Assembly (NCBI GenBank): GCA_038248505.1
Contig: JBBRXJ010000002.1
Span: 32,048 to 96,047, forward strand
Origin: Bacteroidales bacterium
Lineage (GTDB): Bacteria > Bacteroidota > Bacteroidia > Bacteroidales > JBBRXJ01
Length of the DNA stretch: 64,000 nt
Reading direction: 5' to 3'
The position numbers and the translations under genes are program-made. Shown piece after piece: positions 1 to 9,258 of the stretch (the stretch's first letter is position 1; every line of letters begins with the position of its first letter). Under the pieces are notes generated by a model, which saw nothing but the letters and a program-made list of their open reading frames with translations, was not told where the DNA came from and did not search any database.

Positions 1-764
1 TCTGCCTCTCCTTTAAATTTTCCTGATCGTATGAAATTCTTCACTAATCCATCTTCTAAACTATGATAGGATATAACCACCATACGACCTTCTTGTTTCA
101 TACATTGTGCTGATTGCTCTAGCAAATCTCGCAATGCTCCCATTTCATCATTAACTTCAATTCGTAATGATTGAAATACTTTTGCAAGAAACTTGTGCTC
201 ATGTATTCGTGGAATAAAATCTTTTAATGCAGTAGTAAGATCTGCCACTTTTTCAAAAGAATTATTCATTCTAAAATCAATAATGGCACGGGCCATACGA
301 CGCGTACCATGTAATTCACCATAACTACGAAGTACTTTATCAAGATGTTCTTCGCTAGATGTATTCAGTATATGTGCAGCAGTTACTAGCTTATCTGAAT
401 TCATTCTCATATCCAATAAAGTATCAAAACGAAATGAAAAACCTCGTTCAGCGGAATCAAAATGATGTGAAGAAACGCCTAAATCAGCAATTAAACCATC
501 AATCTTTTCTATTTTGAGAAACCTAAGAAAATTTTTCATGTATCTGAAGTTGTGTCGAACAAACAACAAACGCTCATCAACAGGAGCATTAGCTACTGCA
601 TCAGAATCCTGATCAAACACTACTAATCGTCCTTTCTTTAATTTGCTCAGTATTGCTGCTGAATGACCGCCACTTCCGAAAGTTGCGTCGACATAAATCC
701 CGTCAGCCTTAATATTTAGTGCCTCAATACTCTCTTTTAGTAATACTGGGTCATGGTAGCTCAT
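1..764 (-). CDS. rsmH: 16S rRNA m4C1402 methyltransferase RsmH (MraW); C-terminal part cut by the window edge
   Basis: Absent from the ORF track because it runs off the window. My reverse-strand translation from the ATG at 764 reads MSYHDPVLLKESIEALNIKADGIYVDATFGSGGHS, which carries the DxTxGxGGHS SAM-binding signature. ATGA overlap with the mraZ stop. The mraZ-rsmH order opens dcw clusters. Confidence 0.85.
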   Translation of the reverse strand, partial: MSYHDPVLLKESIEALNIKADGIYVDATFGSGGHSAAILSKLKKGRLVVFDQDSDAVANAPVDERLLFVRHNFRYMKNFLRFLKIEKIDGLIADLGVSSHHFDSAERGFSFRFDTLLDMRMNSDKLVTAAHILNTSSEEHLDKVLRSYGELHGTRRMARAIIDFRMNNSFEKVADLTTALKDFIPRIHEHKFLAKVFQSLRIEVNDEMGALRDLLEQSAQCMKQEGRMVVISYHSLEDGLVKNFIRSGKFKGEA

Positions 765-1231
765 GGCTGTTGGTCATTAAGAGATGTACCACCTAAAATC
801 CTTTGCGCCAAATCAGCAAATTCATTTTCATCCATTCGAATACTGCCATATATCTCCTTCGCCCATACTTCAATACGTCCATCTTGTCCTGCTAAAACTA
901 AATCTGCACCAATTCCCGCCTCATCCAATAATCTTTTAGGTAACAAAACACGGTTGTTTGAATCCATTTCAAGTTCAGCAGTATCCATATAGAAACCACG
1001 CAAAAACTTACTATGCTCTCGGTTATATGGATTAATTCGAGAGCGAATCATCTTCACTTGGCGCTCCCACTCATCCATCGGATATAAAACCAAACACTTC
1101 TCAAAAACATCCTTTTTCACTACAAACCTTTCTCCCGAAGCAGGATCTATCTGACGTTTAAAGGCAGACGGCACCACAACGCGTCCCTTTGCGTCGAGCT
1201 TGCAGTGATAATCTCCTATAAACGTGGTCAT
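761..1231 (-). CDS. mraZ: Transcriptional regulator MraZ
   Basis: 156 aa. The N-terminus MTTFIGDYHCKLDAKGRVVVPSAFKR is typical of the MraZ/SpoVT-AbrB double domain. Located directly upstream of rsmH. Confidence 0.9.
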   Translation of the reverse strand: MTTFIGDYHCKLDAKGRVVVPSAFKRQIDPASGERFVVKKDVFEKCLVLYPMDEWERQVKMIRSRINPYNREHSKFLRGFYMDTAELEMDSNNRVLLPKRLLDEAGIGADLVLAGQDGRIEVWAKEIYGSIRMDENEFADLAQRILGGTSLNDQQP

Positions 1232-1271
1232 GATGTATTTCTTTGGTTTTTGTAAATTTAGAACTTTTCAA

Positions 1272-1305
1272 CCCACTTTAAAACACTTTTACCCATTTTA
1301 TCCCA
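1272..1305 (-). promoter_or_regulatory. Candidate MraZ operator: four TGGG-type direct repeats at an exact 10-nt period
   Basis: Plus strand has CCCA at 1272, 1292 and 1302 and AACA at 1282. The minus strand reads GTGGGA-N4-ATGGGT-N4-AGTGTT-N4-AGTGGGT, 41-74 nt upstream of the mraZ ATG. This matches the TGGGN direct-repeat operator known for E. coli MraZ. Confidence 0.6.
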
Positions 1306-1452
1306 CATTGTTAATAACTTTCAACTGCAAAACCGCAACAATACTTTTTATATTATTGATATTATGACATATAGCTGCACAAAAAGCATTAACAAATGAA
1401 CAAGTTGTAAAATCATTGATTTTTATTAATATTACCCTTAAAATTCAACCTC

Positions 1453-2292
1453 ATGGCTTCATACACACAAATTGATGTTAAAGAGTTACTACGAAGTAAA
1501 AACCCCTTACTTCTAAAAATACTACCTGGTTTTATAATTAAATATATAATGCGCATCATACATCAAAACGAGGTAAATGCGGTTTTGCAAAATTATTCTG
1601 ATGATATGGGGGTTGCATTTGTTAACAACACTCTAAATACCTTGGGTGTAAAATATGAAATGAAGGGAACCGAAAATCTGCCCAAGAATGGTCGCTATTT
1701 GTTCGCAGGAAACCATCCTCTTGGTGGACTAGATGGGCTTATAATGATTAGTGCCGCATCACAATTTTTCTCTAATGTAAAATTTGTAGTAAATGATCTA
1801 TTAATGAATTTGCCAAATTTAGCTCCTGTTTTCATCCCTATAAACAAACACGGCAAACAATCAGTTGAATATGCTCGTATACTAGAAGAGGCATACGCTT
1901 CTGATGGGCAAATTTTGTATTTTCCAGCGGGAATGTGTTCTCGAAAAACTAAAGGGAAAATAATTGATTTAGAATGGAAAAAAAGTTTTATTACAAAAAC
2001 AATTAATTACAAAAGAGATATCATACCGGTTCACTTTGACGGACAGAATTCACAATTTTTCTATAACTTATCAAATTACAGAAAGTGGCTTGGTATCAAA
2101 GCAAATATTGAAATGTTTTATCTAGTCGATGAAATGTTCAATCAACGATCAAAAAGTATTTGTATCACATTCGGAAAACCTATTCCGTTTACTACTTTTG
2201 ACAAACGTCACAGTCATTTCAAATGGGCATCTCTGCTTCGCAACCACGTATATAAGCTTAAAAACAATCCAAATACCCCTTTTCTTTATTAA
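1453..2292 (+). CDS. glsB: Lysolipid O-acyltransferase (PlsC-like), first gene of a glycine-lipid pair
   Basis: 279 aa with an NHPLGGLDG acyltransferase motif. It lies directly upstream of a hemolysin-like GNAT N-acyltransferase, the glsB-glsA arrangement described in Bacteroides. Confidence 0.6.
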   Translation: MASYTQIDVKELLRSKNPLLLKILPGFIIKYIMRIIHQNEVNAVLQNYSDDMGVAFVNNTLNTLGVKYEMKGTENLPKNGRYLFAGNHPLGGLDGLIMISAASQFFSNVKFVVNDLLMNLPNLAPVFIPINKHGKQSVEYARILEEAYASDGQILYFPAGMCSRKTKGKIIDLEWKKSFITKTINYKRDIIPVHFDGQNSQFFYNLSNYRKWLGIKANIEMFYLVDEMFNQRSKSICITFGKPIPFTTFDKRHSHFKWASLLRNHVYKLKNNPNTPFLY

Positions 2293-2363
2293 GTTATTTT
2301 TAGTAAATTTGAAAAGTATAGAGAATTCAGAATAAAAAAACATAATAAAATAGGCAAATAAAT

Positions 2364-3293
2364 ATGCAAAATATTATTGAAAAGATTAGCAGGGAAGCCA
2401 TACTCAAAGAACTTACGCATGAAAAATTTATTAGAAAATCCAATAACGGATCTAATGATATATATATTTTGACTGCACATAATAGTCCAAATATAATGCA
2501 AGAAATTGGAAGACTACGTGAGCTAACTTTCAGATCAGCTGGCGGAGGAACAGGAAAATCAGCTGATATTGACGATTTCGACACGGCACCTAAACCATAC
2601 CGCCAATTAATTGTTTGGAATGCAGAAAGCGAATCGATACTAGGAGGTTATCGTTTCATGCTATGTAATAATGAAAGCAATACCAATGATCTCTCAACAA
2701 GCGAAATTCTTGTTTACTCCGACACTTTCAAGAAAAACTACCTCCCTTATATGATTGAATTGGGCCGTTCATTTGTAGTACCAGAACATCAAACAACAGG
2801 CAGCTCTCGTCGTGATATATTTACACTCGATAATTTATGGGATGGACTTGGAGCACTCATTGTTGATAATCCTCACGTAAAATACTTTTTCGGTAAAGTA
2901 ACTATGTATACTGATTATCCTTTAAAAGCACGCGATCTACTTTTATATTTCATGGAAAAGCATTTCGGCGATTCCGAAAAATTACTTTATCCAAGAAAGA
3001 CAGTTGAAATACAAGCACCTTTAACTGAACTTGCAGCCGTCTTAAATCAAAAAGATTACAACGAAGATTATAAAATACTATCGAAAGAAATTCGCAACAT
3101 GGGCGAAAAAATTCCACCACTTATTAATGCTTACATGAATCTTTCACCTACAATGAAAGTATTTGGCACAAGTGTAAACGAACATTTTGGAGGGGTAATT
3201 GAAACTGGAATAATGGTAACCATTCCTGACATTTACCCTGTAAAAACTGAACGACATGTTGCAACTTATAGTCCTATAAAGAGAACTAATTGA
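2364..3293 (+). CDS. glsA: OlsB/hemolysin-like GNAT N-acyltransferase (amino-acid lipid synthase)
   Basis: 309 aa. Its length and its pairing with the upstream acyltransferase fit the Bacteroides glycine-lipid N-acyltransferase. Confidence 0.6.
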   Translation: MQNIIEKISREAILKELTHEKFIRKSNNGSNDIYILTAHNSPNIMQEIGRLRELTFRSAGGGTGKSADIDDFDTAPKPYRQLIVWNAESESILGGYRFMLCNNESNTNDLSTSEILVYSDTFKKNYLPYMIELGRSFVVPEHQTTGSSRRDIFTLDNLWDGLGALIVDNPHVKYFFGKVTMYTDYPLKARDLLLYFMEKHFGDSEKLLYPRKTVEIQAPLTELAAVLNQKDYNEDYKILSKEIRNMGEKIPPLINAYMNLSPTMKVFGTSVNEHFGGVIETGIMVTIPDIYPVKTERHVATYSPIKRTN

Positions 3294-4395
3294 GGTGATA
3301 TAATTTTCCTGGAAGACTTCGCAATACACCCGTCATTTCCATAGTTAAAAGCAATGGTGATAATTTGCTCACAGGTTGTTGCAACTCAATAGCCAAATGA
3401 TCAATTGAGATATCTCCACATCGTTTTAAAACTTCAACTACACAATTTTCTTCCTCTGATAGAATTGAAAATAATTGTTGTTGAATTGGCTTAGATATCG
3501 ATTTACCAGATTCCCATCCCATTAAATACTCAATATCACTAGCATTTTCAACCAGTGCAGCTTTATTCGTTTTAATAAGTTTATTACAACCACAAGAAAA
3601 TGGATCATTATAGCGCCCTGGCACAGCAAAAACGTCACGATCATATGAGTCGGCAATATCGGCAGTAACCAATGCACCGCCCTTAGCTCCTGACTCAACT
3701 ACAAGCGTGGCATCAGCAAGTCCGGCAATAATACGATTTCTTTTAATGAAATTATTTCTATCGAGCTTGGTATTAACGGGGAAATCGCTCAAAAGCGCGC
3801 CTTGCAAAACAATCTGTTGTGCCACATTTTTATGTGCCGATGGATACAATTGATTTAAGCCATGGCCTAATACGGCTACTGTTTGTAATTTATTCCTTAA
3901 TGCCGCTTTATGTGCAGTAATATCAACACCATAAGCTAAGCCGCTTACAATTAATAATTCAGGATATCGTGTAGCTAAATCATCTATTATTTTATTACAG
4001 ACATCAATTCCTACAGCAGTTGCACTTCGTGTTCCAACTACACTTAAAACTTTAGAGGTATCTAAATTTGTATTCCCTTTTGCAAATAATACTAAGGGAC
4101 TATCAGGACAGTTTTTCAAGCGCTCAGGATAATCATCATCGAGATAACAATAAACTTTTATATCATGCTTACTGATAAATGCAACATCTTCCTCTGCTTT
4201 CTCGAGGGCATCACTTTTCATTATAGAATCTGCAATCGTTTCTCCAATTCCAGGAATCTTCATTAAAGCTTGTCTACGCTCAGTAAATACAGCCTCCTCA
4301 CTACCCAAAAAAGCAATAATCTTTTTAGCTGTTAAAGCACCAACCTTGGGTAAATAACTATAAGCAATTCGATATTTTAATAGCGTATCTGTCAT
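3286..4395 (-). CDS. dprA: DNA-processing protein DprA
   Basis: 369 aa with SVVGTRSATAVG and SGLAYGVDITAHKAAL Rossmann-like DprA motifs and a C-terminal winged-helix tail. Confidence 0.9.
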   Translation of the reverse strand: MTDTLLKYRIAYSYLPKVGALTAKKIIAFLGSEEAVFTERRQALMKIPGIGETIADSIMKSDALEKAEEDVAFISKHDIKVYCYLDDDYPERLKNCPDSPLVLFAKGNTNLDTSKVLSVVGTRSATAVGIDVCNKIIDDLATRYPELLIVSGLAYGVDITAHKAALRNKLQTVAVLGHGLNQLYPSAHKNVAQQIVLQGALLSDFPVNTKLDRNNFIKRNRIIAGLADATLVVESGAKGGALVTADIADSYDRDVFAVPGRYNDPFSCGCNKLIKTNKAALVENASDIEYLMGWESGKSISKPIQQQLFSILSEEENCVVEVLKRCGDISIDHLAIELQQPVSKLSPLLLTMEMTGVLRSLPGKLYHLN

Positions 4396-4399
4396 TTTG

Positions 4400-4436
4400 A
4401 GACAAAAAGAAAGAGGAACAGATAGCTGTTCCTCTT
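4400..4436 (-). terminator. Rho-independent terminator after exbD; its T-tract ends a few nt before the dprA ATG
   Basis: 11-bp stem AAGAGGAACAG (4411-4421) / CTGTTCCTCTT (4426-4436) with a 4-nt loop. On the minus strand it is followed by TTTCTTTTTG. Confidence 0.65.
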
Positions 4437-4455
4437 CAAATATAGCATTAAAAAA

Positions 4456-4932
4456 TTAAAGCGTTCTCTTAACCAGCTTACGAGCTGAATAATTAATTTT
4501 AAGCGCATTTGCTTTACGCAATGCTTGTTTAATGTCAGTAACAATGCCCATTCGAGTCATCTCATCCACCTTCATGCTCACGGTCATATAACCGCGATCG
4601 TTTTCACTCATACTCTCGCGTTCACTTGACACAAAATCACGAATATCGTCAATCCCTGCAAACTGATCATTTAACTGAATTCTGGGCTCGGTGCCATAAA
4701 GTTTTTGAAAAGAAGGTTTTGGTTGTCCTATATATATAAAACTAACCAAAGATTTTTTCTCTAATTTTTTAAGCTGAGTTGCTTGAGGTGTTTTAATTTT
4801 AACCATCAAATCAACTTCTCTTAACTGAGTTGTTACCATAAAAAATATTAGTAACATAAATACAACGTCAGGTAGCGATGCCGTACTAATAGGTGGCAAT
4901 CCTTTTTTGTTATCTTTTCTAAATCTTGCCAT
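4456..4932 (-). CDS. exbD: Biopolymer transporter ExbD/TolR family
   Basis: 158 aa. N-terminal ISTASLPDVVFMLLIFFMV anchor typical of ExbD. Part of the exbB operon. Confidence 0.85.
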   Translation of the reverse strand: MARFRKDNKKGLPPISTASLPDVVFMLLIFFMVTTQLREVDLMVKIKTPQATQLKKLEKKSLVSFIYIGQPKPSFQKLYGTEPRIQLNDQFAGIDDIRDFVSSERESMSENDRGYMTVSMKVDEMTRMGIVTDIKQALRKANALKINYSARKLVKRTL

Positions 4933-5561
4933 TATTTTACTCCTCCAATATTTTTAGGTTCCGCTTCAGAGATTGCCATCGGATAAATTAATTTAACCGC
5001 ATCAGCTTCCTCTTCTGAAATTTCTTCAAACTTTTTACCAAAGTGCTGAATCGAGAGCTCATCTCGCAATTCATCATAAGCTGCAGTCAACTCATTTTGA
5101 ACGGAAATATATGCTCCATAAGAAGTTCCTCTATCATTTTGTAAGGATATTACTCCTTTCGAAATACCAAGATCTCCGAGAAGATTTATTGAGAGTTTAA
5201 TTTTAGCTTTTTCTTCAGCCGTTTTAGCTTTTTCTAAACGCTCTGATAGTAATTCCTTTTCAGGTAACTCTGGATTATTTACTGGATTTACAACAAACTC
5301 CTTTGTTTTCGCACGTAATTCAGAAATATCTAAACGCTCACCCTCAACTAACAATTTGTCATTCATGTTAAGAAGTACAATTAGCACATTGCGTTCCTTC
5401 ACTGACTCGGTAGTTTCCTGCTGCTCTTTTGGCATCGGAGGAAGTTTTCGCGATATCCCTGTATCAACATCCATATTAGTAGTTACAAGAAAGAAAATAA
5501 GCAGAATAAAGGCGATATCCGCCATTGAACCTGCATTGATTTCCTGAATAGGTCTTGGCAT
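4932..5561 (-). CDS. exbD: Biopolymer transporter ExbD/TolR family (long paralog)
   Basis: 209 aa with an INAGSMADIAFILLIFFLVT anchor. 1-nt overlap with the downstream exbD. Confidence 0.85.
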   Translation of the reverse strand: MPRPIQEINAGSMADIAFILLIFFLVTTNMDVDTGISRKLPPMPKEQQETTESVKERNVLIVLLNMNDKLLVEGERLDISELRAKTKEFVVNPVNNPELPEKELLSERLEKAKTAEEKAKIKLSINLLGDLGISKGVISLQNDRGTSYGAYISVQNELTAAYDELRDELSIQHFGKKFEEISEEEADAVKLIYPMAISEAEPKNIGGVK

Positions 5562-5567
5562 ATCAAA

Positions 5568-5882
5568 CTATTTAAAAAGTTTGTTAATCTCAGAGAATAA
5601 GGCTACCCCAACAGCTAGTAGCATCATAAAATATAACATAATTATGGCACCGCCAATCTGTTTTGAACCAGAGGCGTCTATTCCAAATTTTTCATACACT
5701 TCACCTGTTGAGATAACAACTGAAACGAGGAATAGACCTCCCAATACTAAAACACCTAAAAAAGTGCTTCGTGATTTCTTAAAGTCTGTCACCATAAAAT
5801 AAAGTGGAAAGACTATCGCTAATAAGGCTGTAACACCAATTAACAAATACGTTACGTATATTGAAATATCAATAATATCCAT
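5568..5882 (-). CDS. Small 3-TM membrane protein inside the exbB-exbD operon
   Basis: 104 aa, three hydrophobic helices, tightly packed between exbB and exbD. No recognisable motif. Confidence 0.5.
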   Translation of the reverse strand: MDIIDISIYVTYLLIGVTALLAIVFPLYFMVTDFKKSRSTFLGVLVLGGLFLVSVVISTGEVYEKFGIDASGSKQIGGAIIMLYFMMLLAVGVALFSEINKLFK

Positions 5883-5888
5883 AATTTA

Positions 5889-6710
5889 TTACTTTTTAGC
5901 GTTGTGTTTAACTAAAATGTCTATGAGTGATATTGAAGCATCCTCCATATTATTAACAATACCATCTACTTTTGACACAATATAGTTATAAAATACTTGA
6001 AGAATCATAGCTACAATAAGACCAAAAATAGTTGTAATCAGAGCTACTTTAATACCGCCTGCTACGATGGTTGGAGAGATATCACCTTGCATTTCAATAG
6101 CATCAAAAGCTTGAACCATACCTACAACCGTTCCAAGAAATCCCAACATAGGTGCCAATGCGATAAACAACGCAATCCATGTTAAACCTTTTTCCATGCG
6201 ACCCATTTCAACACCGCCATAAGCAGTTACCGATTTCTCCACAATCTCTATTCCTTCGCCTGAACGATCTAGACCTTGATAAAAAATACTAGCAACTGGT
6301 CCACGAGTATTACGACATACTTCTTTGGCAGCCTCAACACCTCCATTTTTTAAAGATTCCTCTATTTTTACTAAAAGCTTATCTGTATTTGTTGAAGCCA
6401 TATTTAAATAAAGAATTCTCTCAATTACCAATGCCAAACCAATTATTAAGATAATAAGAATTGGAGCCATCCACTGAACACCACCTTCAATAAATTTCTG
6501 TTTAATTACCTTGTGTAATGTCTGATCTTCAGCTACTACTACAGTTTCAACTACAGCCGCATTAGCAGTTTCGGCAGTAATTTTCCCACTATCAGCTACC
6601 GCTACAGTTGCATTACTATCTACAGTCGTTGACTGTGTTTGTGCAAACGCTCCTGTCATTAGCATTCCGCCAAGAGCTATAAAAACTAAGAGTTTTTTCA
6701 TGTGATTCAT
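5889..6710 (-). CDS. exbB: MotA/TolQ/ExbB proton-channel protein with an N-terminal signal peptide and a low-complexity extension
   Basis: 273 aa. The C-terminal LGFLGTVVGMVQAF...GGIKVALITTIFGL is the ExbB/TolQ channel signature. About 75 extra N-terminal residues are rich in A, V and T. Confidence 0.85.
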   Translation of the reverse strand: MNHMKKLLVFIALGGMLMTGAFAQTQSTTVDSNATVAVADSGKITAETANAAVVETVVVAEDQTLHKVIKQKFIEGGVQWMAPILIILIIGLALVIERILYLNMASTNTDKLLVKIEESLKNGGVEAAKEVCRNTRGPVASIFYQGLDRSGEGIEIVEKSVTAYGGVEMGRMEKGLTWIALFIALAPMLGFLGTVVGMVQAFDAIEMQGDISPTIVAGGIKVALITTIFGLIVAMILQVFYNYIVSKVDGIVNNMEDASISLIDILVKHNAKK

Positions 6711-6753
6711 TTTATTTTATTAACTATTTGATTTTAAATTAAATACTAACCTG

Positions 6754-6842
6754 CGGAGAGAGTGGGATTCGAACCCACGTACCGCTTTTGGCGGTAACAC
6801 GCTTTCCAAGCGTGCGCCTTCGGCCACTCGGCCATCTCTCCC
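6754..6842 (-). tRNA. tRNA-Ser (anticodon GGA)
   Basis: Reverse complement GGAGAGATGGCCGAGTGGCCGAAGGCGCACGCTTGGAAAGCGTG...GGTTCGAATCCCACTCTCTCCG. It has a 7-bp acceptor stem, anticodon loop TTGGAAA, a long variable arm and a GTTCGAATC T-loop. Confidence 0.9.
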
Positions 6843-6999
6843 TTATTTACTTATTGCTCATAGTGCCTACATATGCTTGACATCATGACCATTAACCCGT
6901 TTTTCCTCCCTATTATCAGGCATCTAAAATAATACTTTAATGTTAATTATAGGCTATTAATACAATATTTTTAAAGCTATAGAATAAAACATCCCATAC

Positions 7000-7048
7000 A
7001 TTTATGTTGTAAATCAAGTTGTATTTAATAAAATTTAACAACATAAAT
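7000..7048 (-). terminator. AT-rich 11-bp inverted repeat just downstream of tatD (weak terminator candidate)
   Basis: ATTTATGTTGT (7000-7010) pairs with ACAACATAAAT (7038-7048) across a 27-nt loop. It begins 8 nt after the tatD stop. Confidence 0.3.
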
Positions 7049-7055
7049 TTTAAAA

Positions 7056-7823
7056 CTAAAATCGAAAGATTTCAAATGCATTCTGAGATGTTATTGTTGC
7101 AACCTCTTCAATACTAATTGATTTTATATCGGCAATACGTTTTGCAATATATGGGATATAGGATGATTCATTTCGTTTACCACGAAAGGGCGCTGGTGTC
7201 AAATATGGACTATCTGTTTCAATTACAATTTTATTTAAAGGGACTTCCTTTACTAATGATTCCATACCACTTTTTGCATAGGTAATTACGCCTCCTAAAC
7301 CAATAATAAAACCATTATCAATGGCTTTATTTGCTTGTTCTATCGTTCCTGAGAAGCAATGCATAATACCACTTAGCTTTTCATAAAATGGTTCGCTAAT
7401 TAATTCTAATACCTCATCAACGGCATTACGAGAATGTATTACTACAGGCAAATTTATTTCGACTGCCCAATTCAATTGCTCTATAAAAGCTTGTTTTTGT
7501 AATTGAAAAAAGGTTTTATCCCAATAAAGATCTAAGCCTATTTCACCAATGCCATATATTTTTTGTTCTCCAAAAGTGTTTCTTATATTTTGTAGTTCTT
7601 GCGAAAAATGCTCCTTAACATGGCAAGGATGCAAGCCAACTAAAGGAAAACAATTATTTGGCCAACGCTTACAAAGAACAGTAAGCGGTGCTATTGTTTC
7701 ATAATCAATATTGGGAAGAAAGAGATATTTTACATCTGCATTTATAGCTCTTAACACAACCTCATCAACATCTCCTGAAAATTCAGTTGAAAATAAATGT
7801 GTATGTGTATCAACAAAAATCAT
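7056..7823 (-). CDS. tatD: TatD-family metal-dependent hydrolase
   Basis: 255 aa with an N-terminal FVDTHTHL motif and the later histidine and aspartate ligands typical of TatD/YcfH. Confidence 0.85.
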   Translation of the reverse strand: MIFVDTHTHLFSTEFSGDVDEVVLRAINADVKYLFLPNIDYETIAPLTVLCKRWPNNCFPLVGLHPCHVKEHFSQELQNIRNTFGEQKIYGIGEIGLDLYWDKTFFQLQKQAFIEQLNWAVEINLPVVIHSRNAVDEVLELISEPFYEKLSGIMHCFSGTIEQANKAIDNGFIIGLGGVITYAKSGMESLVKEVPLNKIVIETDSPYLTPAPFRGKRNESSYIPYIAKRIADIKSISIEEVATITSQNAFEIFRF

Positions 7824-7827
7824 GACA

Positions 7828-9189
7828 TTATTCTGTCATAATTTTGTTTTGAAAAAGCTTACTTAGATCTCTTATTGCTGCTGGTAACGCAAATGCAACA
7901 ACCCGATCATTAGGCATAATAACTGTTTCGCCAGTTGGAATTATTACATCCTTACCCCGCACTATACCTCCAATTATCGAACCTTGGGGAATTCCTAGAG
8001 CACTAATTTTTGCCTTAGTAATTTTAGATTCTGGTGCAACCACAAATTCTAAAACTTCAGCATCCGTTCCGTATAAACATTTTACAGATGAAACATTAAC
8101 CCCAGCAGTAGTAAAACGAAAAATTCTACTTGCAGCGCTAAGTTTTTTATTTACTATTGAATCAACACCCAAATTTGAAGCTAAATCAAAATAACTAAAG
8201 TTTTCTACTTCTGCAATTGTTTTGCGAACCCCTAATCTCTTTGCATGTATACAAGCCAAAATATTCGTTTCCGAATTTCCTGTAACGGCAACAAATGCAT
8301 CCATATTTTCAATCTTCTCTTCACTTAATAAATCCATATTACGACCATCGCCACATATCACTAAAACATTTTTAAGCTGATTTGATAATGCATAGCTACG
8401 CTCACGACTTAATTCAATAATTTTAATATTATGATGGTATCCTAAATTCTCAGCTGCTAATTTACCTATACGACTTCCGCCAAGTATCATAACATTCCTT
8501 GCTTCACTATGCTCTTTGCCTGTCATTTTAAGAATTTGTTCTAATCCAACTTGACCTGACATAGCATAAACATAATCGCCAATCTGAAAAACATCATCCC
8601 CTCGAGGTATTATGGTCTCATTATTTCGAGTAATGGCAACTGCTCTAAAATCGAGATGTTTAGTATTACCCGAAACTTCGTTTAATGATTTTCCAATTAT
8701 GGGAGCCTCAATATCTAATTTAACTACATATAAAGACATTTTACCACCAGCAAATTCCACCAAATCTGTTGTGCCAGTTTGATGTAACAAATCACTAATT
8801 TCCTTGGCTGCAATGCTTTCAGGGAAAACCATATAATCTAATCCTAATGATATAAAATGCTCTCTATTTCCAGGTTCAAGGTATTGTTGATTATTAATGC
8901 GAGCAATGGTTTTCTGCGCACCCATACGTTTACTAACAATACAAGACAAGAGATTAACCGATTCACTTTCCGTAACAGCAATATAAAGTTCCGCCTTTTT
9001 AATATTTGCCTCCTTAAGAGTATCTAAAGAATCAGCATTACCGCTGATAGTAAGTAAATCACACGTTGAAGCTATATTTCGTAGCATCTCTTCACGATGA
9101 TCTATCACAACAATGTCATGTTTCTCATTACTTAACATTTTTGCAAGATGGGTACCTACCTCACCTGCTCCAGCAATTACTATCCTCAT
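7828..9189 (-). CDS. trkA: Trk potassium-uptake protein TrkA (double RCK)
   Basis: 453 aa with two GxGxxG NAD-binding repeats (IVIAGAGEVG and MILGGSRIG) and RCK C-domains. Confidence 0.9.
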   Translation of the reverse strand: MRIVIAGAGEVGTHLAKMLSNEKHDIVVIDHREEMLRNIASTCDLLTISGNADSLDTLKEANIKKAELYIAVTESESVNLLSCIVSKRMGAQKTIARINNQQYLEPGNREHFISLGLDYMVFPESIAAKEISDLLHQTGTTDLVEFAGGKMSLYVVKLDIEAPIIGKSLNEVSGNTKHLDFRAVAITRNNETIIPRGDDVFQIGDYVYAMSGQVGLEQILKMTGKEHSEARNVMILGGSRIGKLAAENLGYHHNIKIIELSRERSYALSNQLKNVLVICGDGRNMDLLSEEKIENMDAFVAVTGNSETNILACIHAKRLGVRKTIAEVENFSYFDLASNLGVDSIVNKKLSAASRIFRFTTAGVNVSSVKCLYGTDAEVLEFVVAPESKITKAKISALGIPQGSIIGGIVRGKDVIIPTGETVIMPNDRVVAFALPAAIRDLSKLFQNKIMTE

Positions 9190-9258
9190 ATATAAAATTT
9201 GATTTGCAAATTTAAACTATTATTTTGGCAATCAAAAGCTTTTTGATTATTTAGTCAA

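Noticed and set aside
753-992. 79-aa plus-strand ORF
   Set aside because: It is antisense to mraZ/rsmH and has no motifs.
4456-6710. A MotA/ExbB-like plus ExbD-like cluster as a possible Zorya-type or other MotAB-based defence system
   Set aside because: The architecture is the ordinary Bacteroidota exbB-small membrane protein-exbD-exbD TonB-energiser operon. There are no large ZorC/ZorD-like, nuclease or helicase genes adjacent.
7828-9189. trkA without an adjacent trkH as a sign of a novel transporter arrangement
   Set aside because: Unlinked trkA and trkH genes are common, and nothing else in the neighbourhood is unusual.
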